Assembly (NCBI GenBank): GCA_965287045.1
Contig: OZ336905.1
Location: 12,896,001-12,960,000, forward strand
Direction: 5' to 3'
From: Carcharhinus amblyrhynchos
Taxonomy: Eukaryota
Length of the DNA: 64,000 nucleotides
Shown: positions 10,799-23,829 of the stretch, in pieces
Layout: the number at the start of each line of letters is the position of its first letter
Numbering within the stretch: position 1 is the stretch's first letter
Program-made: the position numbers and the translations under genes
The notes under the pieces: model-generated
The model's input: the letters and a program-made list of their open reading frames with translations, nothing else
Told to the model about the DNA's origin: nothing
Databases searched by the model: none

Positions 10799-13700
10799 CT
10801 GTCAGATATGGAAGGTTAAGAAAAAAATCTCTGCTAACCTATAAATAATACCGGAAAGTAAAATTTCTAAGTATGCACACTTGAAAAATTATTTTTCATT
10901 ACATCTAACATCAGAATCTTCATTTTTAAAAGCAGAGTGGGACATAGCACAACAAATGTAAATTACCTACCTTAGATACCATCATCCTCATTTTTTGAAG
11001 GTAGTTCAAAATCCACATACAAATAAGTCCTCGTTGAAATGAGGTGGCAAAAATACCAGGACTGTGTACCTTTTAAAAGTTTGGCACCACACAAGGCCAT
11101 GAGAGTCACGTGACCTTTCCCCATTCCACTGCATATATAGGCCTCATTCTGGGAGCATATCTCAGTTCGCTTGAAAGAAGGTTGCAGCAGATTTAAGGAG
11201 TTGATAATCAGAAGGTTAAATACAAGACTTAAAATTAAGTTCCAAGTTGCACTCTATTAGATGGAGGAAGCTTTGTATATGGAGGCTGAAGTACAATAGG
11301 ATGAGGAACACCAAACCAAAGGGAAGGTAACATAATATTCTTCCTCATTGTTCAAACTCCACAGACAAATGTGTAAAAGTTGAATTGCAAACAAGAGGTG
11401 ACATTCTCAAAGACAGATCATCAATACTGGCTTAGAACACAACAGTGCTAGAGCACTCATCACTTTAAGCTGTCTGATCAACAATTCACAAAAGCATGTG
11501 TACGACACACTTTCCAGTTAGTAAGCAACACAATGGCACATTCTTGACAACCCTGTATGATTTATGTGGTTTAAAAGTGTTGCTTTCTTTTCCCCTCGTT
11601 TCTCTCATTTCCTTTCCTTATAGGCGGCAGTTATTCAGGATTCTGCCATTCACACCTCGCTTTTTTTTGTCCCATTACTTTTGAGCTTGCACCATGAAAT
11701 CTTCTGTCATTAATTTCTTCTGCTTAACACAGATCTTCCTTTTTTCCATACACACCCCCACCTGCTCAAAATCTATTACATTTCTAACTTCTTGCAGTTC
11801 CAGTGAAAGATCAGATACCTTAAATGTCAAGATAAACACAAAATACTGCAGATGCTGGAATCTGAAACAAAAATCTGAAGTGTTAAGGCTGCTTCTCTCC
11901 CCACAGATGTTGTCTGACCTGCTGAATATTTCCAGCATTTTTTGTAATTTTGCTGCTTTAATGGGTTTAATTAATGTTTTGCTACTGAATAAAGTAGGGT
12001 GGAATGACAAATGGTATTCTCATTACATGGCACGTTATATCTTTGACAATAAATGGAGCAATACTTCCTTTCAAAGCAAGAGAAAAATGAAGTATTGAAA
12101 GAAACCCACTGCAGGCCAGCACAAGCAAGAATCCCAGTGGAATGAGCTACAACATTCCTGAGCAGCTCCCAATATTCATTGATCATTAAGTTCAAATTTC
12201 AGACTTGGTCCTATGACTTCTCTAGTTGAACTAAAAAGTTTGATTTAGCACTACAACATGGAAGTAATTAATGGTAGCAGGTAGTGGGAAGCAGGGGCTC
12301 CTCTGCCGCAGAACGAAACCCTTCAAAGTCTGGGCATACCAGGATGTATTGGAGCCTCAAACATCACTTTTAAACTTTGCTGGTACTTAGTTACTACTGG
12401 GTCCCAATATGGGTAATTTCCTGAGGAGAATGTCTACATTTAGCTGGACAGCATCATACTAGAACGGCAATCCATATTCTTTTGTAGGGCATTAATGGGA
12501 GGTTGCCGCAACATTTTACTGTCTGCTGAACACGTGTCAGTGATCTAACCAGGAGACAGGAGGAGTTAGAGAAGTGACATTTATTTGTGCAACTTGCTTG
12601 CAGAAATAACCTTTGGTCACTGTAAACAGTTTGCATTCCAAAAGATTCCTTGGGAATAAAGATGCTTTGCCCAATTTATTTAACACGGTATAATTTTTTT
12701 CTGGAATACTGATCAATGCCTTGCATCCAGAACTTCTTCCATTTATTCACCAATTTCCACTTCCTAGTGTCTAGCCAGTTTTCAATTCAACTGGCTTTCA
12801 TCATGAATCTCAAATTTCCTTAAAAATTTACATCAAGTGTAACTGAAAATCCAATTAAATTCACATTCAGACACAAGTTATGCAAGCAATTTGCCAGCTG
12901 AAAATATGAAGATCCACACTGTTGCAATCTCACTCAGGTTATGAATAAACTCAGTGATCAGCAAATGGTGGATCTATTTTAATACTTGGTCAACTTTTTA
13001 TGGCAGAAAGCAAATTTCCTGACTGCTACAAACAATACTTATTACTTTTTAAAAGAGGGATGCCACTTCACGTGCTCCATATATTATGAGATTTGTCATT
13101 GGCTCCTGGCAAAGATTTTGCATTAGTACTGATCAGCAGAAGCGTACAATGCCTCTAGTCTCAAAGGCACCAACAATTTGGCTTCATGCCAGAGAACTCT
13201 ACCATTGATTTTTCCTACAAGACTATTATTAGCACAATAAGTAGAAGATTCAACAGACCATTTTACACATCCTCTGTTGATTGCAAAAATGCCAGCGTTT
13301 TTGTCAACCACAAGGCTTTGTGGCAGAGGCTGCCGCTGACCTAAATGTGCCAGCAAATGATTTACAAACATTTTAATTGTTGTATAGTGTCAGTGCTGAG
13401 TATATTTATGTTGGAAACCAACTGACCATTGTATTTAATACTAAACCAGATGTTTGTCAAGTATGTTTTATGGCTTCGAATTAAGATTTACACAAACAAT
13501 TCTGGTGGCAATCATAACTGGATTAAGGGCTCAAATCCACATCAACAGAACCTTTAACTGAGCTGGTTGTTTTTAATTGAAATAAACACACTTCAGAGAT
13601 CTACAAACATCCAAAGAAAATGTCAAATTTGTAATGAAAACCCATTTGATGAATGGACATCAGTCTATCTGCAAGTCAGAAATAACACTAATTACTTTGA

Positions 13701-15118
13701 ACAATTCCTTTGCCTTGCTATCTACATCCATTGCTGCAATATTGGCACAGAAGTAAAATAAAGCATTACTCTTGCTGTATCAGTCATATGCAGCCTTCAA
13801 AAGCACCAACAGTACAACAAAACTGATAGCCTGAAGATGGAAGTTTCACATTTTTTGTGCTGCTGTAGCATTGCAACATGACAATGAATGGGTCTTTGGT
13901 TGATTACTACAGTTGAAATCTTATCAGCTTTAAACAACAGTTGCCTGCACCACATTAACTGCAATACTGGCCAACTAACCAGTATGCTACTCTGCTCAGC
14001 TGTTGTCTGGACTGCCTTCACTAACCCAACCACCACCAGGTGCTGAAGCAACCAGGAGGATGACCTTGGGCCAATCAAGTCAAAATACACACCAGGAATT
14101 ATTCTGAGGCCCAGTTAATCAATGTGATCCTGAACAGAAGTATCTGGCATCATCCTATTTGATGACATCATAACATATCACAGGCATAGAATCTTGCCCC
14201 ACATCTCTGAAAATCTTTTATATTAAAATATCAATGCATCCACATAATCCAGGAACTTTTGTTAACAGGAGTTAATCAAGATTTGCAACTTCTGATCATG
14301 AAGGACAGAGGTGGGCCCCAGCTTATCTTAACAAGGTGATTGACATCCAGAATCTGTGCTGCCAGAAGTCTTGGCCAACTGCTTCTCCATAAACCAGTGG
14401 TGCTTAGGCCAAATGCCACCTTGACCATAATCCTACTCAACACAAGCCAGGAACTTTCCTGGTCTGTATGACTCAGCTTACCAGTGTGTCACTGGGGAAA
14501 GGCACTTAACAACATTTCTGAAGAATCTACATTTGTAAGATTTACTTCTGAAGGCACAACAATGACACGTTGCTGTCAGCCAATTTTAGCCAGCATCAGC
14601 AGAAAACTAAACATCAGCTCTAACTTGATATCAGCTTGGTGACCAATGTTTGTCAGTGCTGGTGATTAGCAGTAGTCTGAGCTGTATGTTGTGCACGCAT
14701 GTCAATTTCCCTCCAGATACAACTGCATCAATTGATACGTTAACAGTTTAGCAACTTGAACTTTACAATCACTAGACATCGAGAACCTGAAAAATTGCAA
14801 CATTGAGAATACCTATAGCTTCAGGCCAAGAGACTACCTTGGTGGACACACAACACATAGCTCCAGCTTTACGTGACGATATGGAACGCATCTCAACTGC
14901 ATTTATGCTGAACAATTTGGCATGTTTGATTATTTGCCCTGGAGCCATGCTGACACAAACTGGAACTTAAGGTCTTTTTCTGCCACGTTTCATGGAAAGC
15001 CACATGGACTTGAAAGAATTTCCAACGAACTCTCATAATTAAGTTTGCTGTTGAGTAGACAGTGAAAACAATTCTGAATAACGTCTGCACAGGGAAGGAT
15101 CAAAGGCACAACATGCAA

Positions 15119-15141
15119 AGAGAGAGAGAGAGAGAGAGAGA
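15119..15141 (+). repeat. (AG)n microsatellite
   Basis: About 11 AG units seen directly. Confidence 0.95.
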
Positions 15142-15890
15142 AAAAGAACAGGACCAATTCAAAGATGAGTCAGATATCAATTCAGTGACATAGACCCTGA
15201 CTGACAAAATATGACAAATAATAGAAAATCATGTCCCAGGGCCAAAAGCAAATGCTGGCTTTGCAAAACTTGTATTGCACAATAAGTAAAGGTTTCACAA
15301 AGTTGCAAGAGAAGTGATAAAATTAACACGTACTGACACTAATGTATTTTCCCATTAGCACCATGCAACACAACTGCACAGAAGTTTGTTAGAAATAAGG
15401 ACATGCAAAGGCTACATACAGCTTTACTAAAAATATCTAGTTAATTTTTTTCCAGTTACAAAATGTCATCCTGCAACCAACAATAAACGCAAACTGAGAA
15501 ATACTTCCAGAACAAAGCATGCACCTTTAACACCATCTCTTTCACACACCCCCCTCCCACCAGGATATGATTGCGACAATACTCAAAAGTATTCCGTTCC
15601 AGTGGTTTTCTGGTTTCGGTGAAAACCTGTATATGCAAGTTGAATTCATTAAGAAAATGATGTGCCCTGCTTTTCCTACAAGAGAACCAACATTAAATTA
15701 GCTTCAGTGTTATCAATGTGCAAAACCAGAGAGAAAACAGCTCCAATGTTTCCGGCTTAATGGACTTCCCTGATTGTTCAACGACTGAGCAAGTGAAATA
15801 CACAGTCTTTTACATCAGCAGAGCAAAGAGTTTGATTATTCAAGTTTGAGATGGCGGACCCAGAGGTGAAACCACCATTCTCTAACCTAC

Positions 15891-16024
15891 CTTATTTCCT
15901 GGTCCCAACCTCTTTGCCCTCATCTCATCCACTCTTTGATGCTTCTTCTTCATTCATATGGACACTTCCATTTGAATTTTGGAGGAATTCAAATAAGATG
16001 TCTGGAAAGGTTCTTCAAGAACCT
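15891..16024 (-). CDS. KMT2D: Candidate alternative KMT2D exon containing an internal start (ATG 15953, MKKKHQRVDEMRAKRLGPGNK)
   Basis: Acceptor ggctgtag, donor AAG|gtaggt; ATG preceded by in-frame TGA; phase 0 joins EAFFGK exon. Confidence 0.5.
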
Positions 16025-17419
16025 CTACAGCCATTTAAAAAGTAAAGGCAAAATAGAGTTCTAAACCCAGCAGACTCTCGAAACCGCTATTCCCCTGCCC
16101 ATTAAGTTGTGGGATCCAACCATGTCCAGAAACATTAGATAGAAATTTAAGGATCTCTTTCTAAGAAATTTAAGGAACATTTTTCAGTTGAAGGGGGAGG
16201 AACAACATTAAAAAAAAAATTCTCATTTTGAATTACAGCTTACTAGCAACTTTAGCCAACAACTTATCTGACCCATTGCTTAAACAAAAGGTAGTGGAAT
16301 CCACTTCCATTCTCACCTGGCAAAATAAATTTACTCCCAGTTGTAATCTGATGCAACATGAAGCCTCAAGTTTGTTTTTTTTATGCAATTTGACCAGTTT
16401 CAAATTTAAAGAACGATGCTTTGCACAATCCTATGATCAAACTCACTAATGTTCGTGAAATAAACAATACTTCACTAATAATCTTTATATTCACCACTAG
16501 GTATAATCCTGTTTACAAAATGAAAACTTTCCAGAAATCTGTAAAATTTCAACACAAATTTGTGCTAAAGTTGTTGCGATGCCATAACAAGCATCAGGAT
16601 ACAGAATTTGCAACAGTCAGCAGATATGTCTGCAAACAGCTCCTAAATAATGCACTAATTATAACCCAAATTCTCATTAAACACAAAAATATCTCTCATT
16701 TATCTAGTAAGCCACAACAAATTATTTCAATGCTATTTGTGGGATCTTGCTGCACCGAAAAGAGCAATTGCATTTGGCAACAACAGTAATGGTATTTCAG
16801 TTATTCATTATATGTGAAGTGCTGAAAGATAATCAATTGACACACACGATAAGGTTACAATGATGTTGACACTTATAGCATGAAGAGCCTCTGATTGCAG
16901 AGAAAGAGGAAGCTCTGAAAATTATACCGGGTACGATCGGTTACGAAATTAGGCAAAAACGAACAAAAAAAATCATGCAAACGTTCAGACAAGGGTAAAT
17001 AAAGTGCATTTCTAATATTAGTGGCTAATTGACCAGGGTGATGGAGCTGCAGGTCTGGAAGAATTAAAGTACTATAATTTTTTTTTAGAAGCAGAGTACA
17101 TTCCATGGAACCCGTGGGGCTACAGCAAGAAAGACAGCTTTCATCATTCCACATGGATTTAAAACAACTGCCTCTACATTGACCCCAAAGTCAGATAAAA
17201 TTTGCACTGTCTTCAAAAAGTTTAGAGTAGTCTACCATTTAATTTCAAGAATGTAAAGCAATCCCGCTCACTTCAGAATTTGCAACATTTAAAGTAACAC
17301 TTAGATAAAATAGCGTTTGAGTCTTAGTGTTATGGCAACTCAATTTTCTTCGCTATGATATGGCTGGCCTCATTTTTGCAGTGTTTCTATATTTCTGCAC
17401 ATAGCTTGTTAAACCCTGT

Positions 17420-18240
17420 TTTTGCTGCAATGCGACTATCTAGGCACACCTTGCCGCAACGCAACTCTGATGTTATGCAACCGGCCGGACGCACCTTGCC
17501 GCAATGCGACTATCTAGGCACACCTTGCCGCAATGCAACTCTGATGTTATGCTACCGGCCGGACGCACCTTGCCGCAATGCTACCGGCCGGACGCACCTT
17601 GCCGCAATGCTACCGGCCGGACGCACCTTGCCGCAATGCTACCGGCCGGACGCACCTTGCCGCAATGCTACCGGCCGGACGCACCTTGCCGCAATGCTAC
17701 CGGCCGGACGCACCTTGCCGCAATGCTACCGGCCGGACGCACCTTGCCGCAATGCTACCGGCCGGACGCACCTTGCCGCAATGCTACCGGCCGGACGCAC
17801 CTTGCCGCAATGCTACCGGCCGGACGCACCTTGCCGCAATGCTACCGGCCGGACGCACCTTGCCGCAATGCTACCGGCCGGACGCACCTTGCCGCAATGC
17901 TACCGGCCGGACGCACCTTGCCGCAATGCTACCGGCCGGACGCACCTTGCCGCAATGCTACCGACCAGGTCTTCTGTTGCAAACAGCCTGGCCCCTTTTG
18001 CTGCAATGTGACAAGCCAGGGCTCCTCTGCTTGCACTACAAAGCAACCTGGCCAGGCATCCTCTGCTGCAATGCGACCGGCCAGGGACTCTGCTGTAACA
18101 TGACCAGACAGGCACCTCTGCTGCAATGCGACTGGCTAGGTGCCCTCTGTTGCAACTCGACTGGCAAATGTTGATTCTGCTGCCCCTTTTGCGACAATGC
18201 AACTGATTAGATCTTTTGCTGCAATATGACAGGTCAGGAT
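17420..18240. repeat. CpG-rich 29-bp minisatellite (ATGCTACCGGCCGGACGCACCTTGCCGCA)
   Basis: 14 perfect tandem units 17549-17954, with degenerate units on both flanks. Confidence 0.97.
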
Positions 18241-19571
18241 TTTTGGAAGGAGGAAACTTTTGTGAAATGCGATTAGATATTTTCTTTTTCCATTAATTTC
18301 CAGTAAGGATGAGGAAAAAAAAAATCAAGACTTTACCAAAAGACAAGTATAATGAAAAAAATTGATCGACAGTCACAAAATTGGACAGATTTGCTCAACA
18401 TTCCTATTACAAGTAGATTTAAAACTGAAACAAAAATGGCCCCTCAAAAGACATTGGGATAAAAGCTGAAATTCTAAATTAACTTTTTCACCAAGTATTT
18501 GGTCATTTACAATACTAATCACAGCAATGTTAAAACTTCAGTAAAAATCTGGAAAAGGAACCAAAGAACTGCAGGCTACTTCTCAATAACCTGCAAGTAG
18601 TCATCTTCTCAGGTGATCAGTTTGCATCATGGAGACACAAGGCAGAGACATAGTCTTCCATCTTAAATAACATCGACATAGGTTAAAGCTCCCACATAAA
18701 AATAAAATCACATGTACTTTAACTAATCTCTGACTCCAAACCAAGTCATTACTAGTTAGCTTTCTAATTATTGCCACACTTTAAATACATAATACAATGA
18801 GATAATTTTTGTGCACAGATTTCTGCATCGTTTCCTACATATTGAAGCGGTCAAAATATAGCACTTGAAATAAATTCTGCCCCACAGAGTACCAGAGCCC
18901 CAAACCACATTTAGATAAGCTGCAGCAGTAGGAAGCATACTCTACCACTCAAACATTAAAAACCAATTCTCACAATCTAACTTTCAAGACAACTAGCTGC
19001 ACACTTACAACATTTTAAAAACTACAGTGCAATGCCATAAAACAGTAAGACAGATCATGCAAGCAGCATTATGGAGAAGTGCTGGTGAAAGGTCAAGTGC
19101 ATCTTCACAGAAATGAATTAATCGGAAAATCTGTCACATGCCTGTACACCACCACTTGAGGGTCTGGCTAGATTATGGCTTGGCTGCCCAGATGACACAG
19201 CATGCTTGAAACATACCAATTGCTATGAAGCTTTGTAAAATTAAATGAACAGTTTGTGAAGATCAATAACAATAGAAGCAAACAATATTGTAAACACTGA
19301 GCACTTAACCCTTTTGGTCCTTATGTTTGCAAGCAACTACCTACAAACATTTAATGATCAAGAAAACAAAAAACATGAAACAGGGTTTTCTGATCAGGAA
19401 GAGCAGTTAAAAATGACATTCAAAAGATTGTGGGATCAATCATGTTAATTTCTGCAGGAATAAATCATTTAGCTACAAACTTGGCATTCCAGATCTTCAT
19501 CAAGTCATTTTCCTCTGACAAGTGTTATCAGAATTGTATTATCACCTGCGTGCACAGCAGAATGCCAGTAC

Positions 19572-19705
19572 CTGCAGGTATGCTGGAAAGGAATCCTCCA
19601 ACTTGCTTTTCTTTCGACGTTGCCGTTTCTTTGCCTTCTCGCCTACATCTGCTCCTATCACAGGTATTTCACTGGCACCCTCGGCTGGAAGCTCTATTTG
19701 AGTAC
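19572..19705 (-). CDS. KMT2D: KMT2D exon (134 nt): GTQIELPAEGASE...RRKKSKLEDSFPAYLQ
   Basis: LPAEGA and KKSKLEDxFPAYLQ motifs; phase 1 to 0. Confidence 0.95.
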
Positions 19706-20359
19706 CTACAAGAATCAAGGAGGTTGGGATTGTTCATGGAATAATTATTAACAATGTATACCACACATAAGGATCCGGCATTGCTTACCTACCTATGCAA
19801 GGAGCTACATCAAGAGTTAAGAGTTATCATTGTCACTAAAGAATTCTGAATTAGTGACAGTCCTTGGAATAATAGTTTAGCTCCCTCACAGTTTTGTTTT
19901 TGGTAGCATCTGAAGGCAGTTGTAATATCAGGTTTAAACAAAATGAACCTCACAAATTGCTAACTGTTTGAAAAATATATATGCCAATATTTACGCACCC
20001 TCGTCATGACTCAATTAGAACATGGAGAACATTAGAGATGTACTCCTGACTTTTCAATTGCAGTTGCAGTTTATTCAATTGGCCACACTTTCATCTCAGT
20101 CAAGATATAGGTTAAAGGGCTTGGGCATTTAATCTAAACTGATGCATCAGTGCAGTACTGGGGAGCATGGATACACAGTCTTGAGACAAAAAAAAAATCA
20201 AAAAAGTACTTATTTTTGTGGATAGTTTTTGCCCTACAGGACGCATCAAATAGATCAATGTATAATCTCTTTAGAGCTTTTTCAAAAGCTTCGACCACCA
20301 AACGCTGGTTAGGCCACAACAGGAGCACTGAGCACAATTCTGGTCAGATTATAGGAAAG

Positions 20360-20820
20360 ATGTGATTGTGCTGGAGAGAGAGTATAAAAGAGATTTACCA
20401 GGATGCTGCCTAGACTGAAATGTCTGAGCTATGAGGCAAGATTGAATAGGTTGGTGCAGCAAAGGTTGAGGGGGAACCTGATAGAGGCGTATAAGATTCT
20501 GAGGGGCGTAGATAGGGTGGTTGGGAAGATACTTTTTCCATTCATAGAGCAAGTAACCAGGAGCATAGATTTACAGTAAGAAGGGAGTTGGGGAAAAACT
20601 CTCTTAACCAGAGGGTGCCGGGAGCCTGGAACTCACTGCCTGAAAGAGTGATTGAGTCAGAAACTCCCGTAGCATGAACAAGTATTTAGATATTCACTTG
20701 CGGTGCCATAACCTGAGGCTATGGGCCAGGCACTGAAAAATAGGATTAGGGTAATCAGATCTTTGTTAACTGGCGTGAATACAATGGGCTGAATGGCCTC
20801 TTTCTGTGCTGTAAACATCT
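20360..20820 (+). mobile_element. Decayed CR1 3' fragment
   Basis: Resembles the ORF2 C-terminus and tail (atgggctgaatggcct) of other CR1 copies here. Confidence 0.8.
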
Positions 20821-21701
20821 TTGAATCTAGGTCTTGAGATCGAAAACAATTGTACTTAGAGAAACCTTGCACAGCTTTGGCACTGAATATTACCCAGAAC
20901 AAAGTTTCAAGCAAACACTCTCCATCTTGAAGACTGCTGTCTTCCATCTTTCCCACCTACAAACCAACTTGGGTCAGATTCATTCTCATCCCACTGAAAT
21001 TAGTGCCCATCTAAGTTAAATACTTTTATTTCAGATTGTTCCTTGTCCTTTTCCATAGCTAACCAAATCTTATAAAACTACGATCACCGTTCCCTAAATG
21101 TTCCCCCAACTGATACTTGATCCACCTCAGTCTCCAGAACCAAATCTAGCAGTGTCTCATTCTTTGGGCTGTAAACATACAGATAAAGAAAATTCTTCTG
21201 AGAACATTTCAGAAAATTTTGATTTATATTTCAGGAAAATAAAATTTCAAAAATGTAACGAATATTAACAAACCATTATAGATCACGAGGAATGAAAGTG
21301 TGCAGCTGTTAGCAGATTTAAGGGTTCAACTTAATGGTTTTGAATAGCGATATTTGTTTCTCCCTTAAGGTCATATTTGAATTTGAACATGAAATAAAGG
21401 AAGAAGTTCAATGAAGATGGGGTACCACAGGAAACATGGTGAAGAGCAACTAAAAGCTGTGAGGGAGTAAAGAGCAGAAATAAGGAAGAGGACCAATTTG
21501 GAGCAGGGAAGTAGAAGAAACGTAGAGTCAGGCAGATCAAGGAAAACTAGCGGCAGTGTATCACTTCAGAACAGCTTCCACCACTAAAGATAAAAACAAA
21601 TCGGCGTACATCTGACAGCGTACGTTAAAATTAGTCCTGGAATCTGCATGTTGACAGAACAGGCAAAATTAATTTGTGAGATCAGAACAATTTAATGAGA
21701 A

Positions 21702-23262
21702 CACGGTTTCATTAAAGGGAAGTCGTGTCTGACAAATTTACTGGAGTTCTATGAGGATGTGTCTAGGGCGGTGGATAGAGGAGAGCCGGTGGATGTGGTC
21801 TTTCTGGATTTTCAGAAGGCGTTTGATAAGGTACCTCACAAGAGGTTACTGCAGAAGGTCAGAGGACATGAAGTTGGGGGTAGGGTGTTAGCGTGGATAG
21901 AGGATTGGTTGTCAAATAGGAGGCAGAGAGTGGGGGTCAATGGGTGCTATTCGGATTGGCGGTTGGTGACTAGTGGGGTGCCCCAGGGGTCGGTGCTGGG
22001 GCCTCAGCTATTTACCATTTATATAGATGATCTGGAGGAGGGAACCGAGTGTAGGGTGTCGAAATTTGCTGATGACACCAAGATTGGTGGAACGGCAAAT
22101 TGTGCGGAGGGTGTGGAGAGTCTGCAGAAGGATCTAGATAGGCTGGGCGAATGGGCCAGGAAATGGCAAATGGAATTTAATGTTGGCAAGTGTGAGGTGG
22201 TCCACTTTGGTAGGAAGAATGGTAGGAAGGACTATTACTTACGTGGCGAAAAACTGCAGCAGGCGACGGTGCAGAGGGACATAAGAACATAAGAAATAGG
22301 AGCAGGAGTAGGCCATCTAGCCCTTCGAGCCTGCCCCGCCATTCAATAAGATCATGGCTGATCTGTCGTGGCTCAGTTCCACTTTCCCGCCCTCTCCCCA
22401 TAACCCTTAATCCCTTCTCTTATCAAAAACCCATCAACCCGCTTCTTAAAAATATTTAGCGAGGCAGCCTCCACCACTTCAACGGGCAGAGAATTCCAGA
22501 GATTCACCACCCTTTGAGTGAAGAAGTTCCTCCTCAACTCCGGTCCTTGTGCTTGAGTCGCAAAAACCCAGCCTGCAGGTGCAGCAGGTGGTCAGGAAGG
22601 CGAATGGGATGCTGGCCTTCATAGCGAGGGGGATTGAATATAAAAGTAGGGAGGTCTTGCTGCAGCTGTATAGGGCATTGGTGAGGCCGCAGCTGGAGTA
22701 CTGTGTGCAGTTTTGGGCGCCGCACCTGCGCAAGGATATTTTGGCCTTGGAGGGAGTGCAGAGGAGGTTTACTAGGCTGATACCGGAGTTGAGGGGGTTG
22801 AGCTATGAGGAGAGGCTGAATAAACTAGGCTTGTACTCGTTAGAGTTTAGAAGAATGAGGGGAGATCTCATTGAGACGTATAAGATGATGAATGGGATGG
22901 ATAGGATAGAGGTGGAGAGACTCTTCCCGCTCAAAAAAGACAGTAGGACTAGGGGGCACAGCCTCAAGATAAAGGGGGGGGGGGCGGTTTAGAACAGAGT
23001 TGAGGAGGAACTTCTTCACTCAAAGGGTGGTGAATATCTGGAATTCTCTGCCCGTTGAAGTGGTGGAGGCTGCCTCGCTAAATATTTTTAAGAAGCGGGT
23101 TGATGGGTTTTTGATAAGAGAGGGGATTAAGGGTTATGGGGAGAGGGCGGGAAAGTGGAACTGAGCCACGACAGATCAGCCATGATCTTATTGAATGGCG
23201 GGGCAGGCTCGAAGGGCCAGATGGCCTACTCCTGCTCCTATTTCTTATGTTCTTATGTTCTT
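21702..23262 (+). mobile_element. Young 5'-truncated CR1 LINE (RT domain), interrupted by an inverted copy
   Basis: ORFs 21759..22292 (LDFQKAFDKV, GVPQGSVLGP, KFADDTK) and 22549..22992; ends in (TTCTTATG)n tail. Confidence 0.97.
22279..22540 (-). mobile_element. Inverted 262-bp CR1 3' end nested in the CR1 above
   Basis: Reverse complement of 22997..23258 with 3 mismatches by my alignment. Confidence 0.95.
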
Positions 23263-23379
23263 AACATTTATTTTACAAAGAGAACAAAGCCTTAGACTGT
23301 TTATTTGGAGAAATGCTCTACATTCTTGGTTGTTTTACAAGCATGCTTGGATTTTAGACCCAAATAAACATAAACTCAC

Positions 23380-23499
23380 CTTCTTCTTTGTTGCTCTCAG
23401 TGTTTGGACATTCAGTGGTCATTCCAGGTTGTGCTATAGAAGCTTTATTTATATTTTTTGTCCGCGACTGCCTTTGCCGCACCATAAATCCACCAATTC
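23380..23499 (-). CDS. KMT2D: KMT2D exon (120 nt): GIGGFMVRQRQSRTKN...NKEE
   Basis: GIGGFMVRQR motif; tttttttcag / AAG|gtgagt. Confidence 0.95.
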
Positions 23500-23829
23500 C
23501 TGAAAAAAATGTTAAAAATGCATTTGTTCTTTCTTATTTATAAGCATCACTTTCCTTTCATAACTCACCTCCACAGCACAGGAGGTAGCAACATGGCCTG
23601 TCCTGTATGTGCTGGCCTCTGGAAGAATAATTCACCCAGTGTCATTCCCTTGCCTTCTCCCGTAGCCCTGCATTTGTCCATTTCAAATAATCACCCAATT
23701 CCCTCAAGTGCCTCGCTTAAACCTGCCCCCATCACCCTTCTCAACCAACGCATTCCAGATCCTAATCGTTCACTGTGTGAATAAGTTTTCCCTGATGTCA
23801 CCATTGTGTCTTTCTTCAATTACCATCAT

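Noticed and set aside
17355-18202. About 200-aa ORFs in all three plus frames, and a CRISPR-like appearance
   Set aside because: The ORFs are a by-product of a stop-free 29-bp tandem unit. Repeats are head-to-tail with no unique spacers, there are no cas genes, and the context is a vertebrate intron.
21759-22992. Reverse-transcriptase ORFs as a functional gene or retron-like system
   Set aside because: 5'-truncated, interrupted CR1 ORF2 with a frameshift at a G-run near 22974; an ordinary LINE relic.
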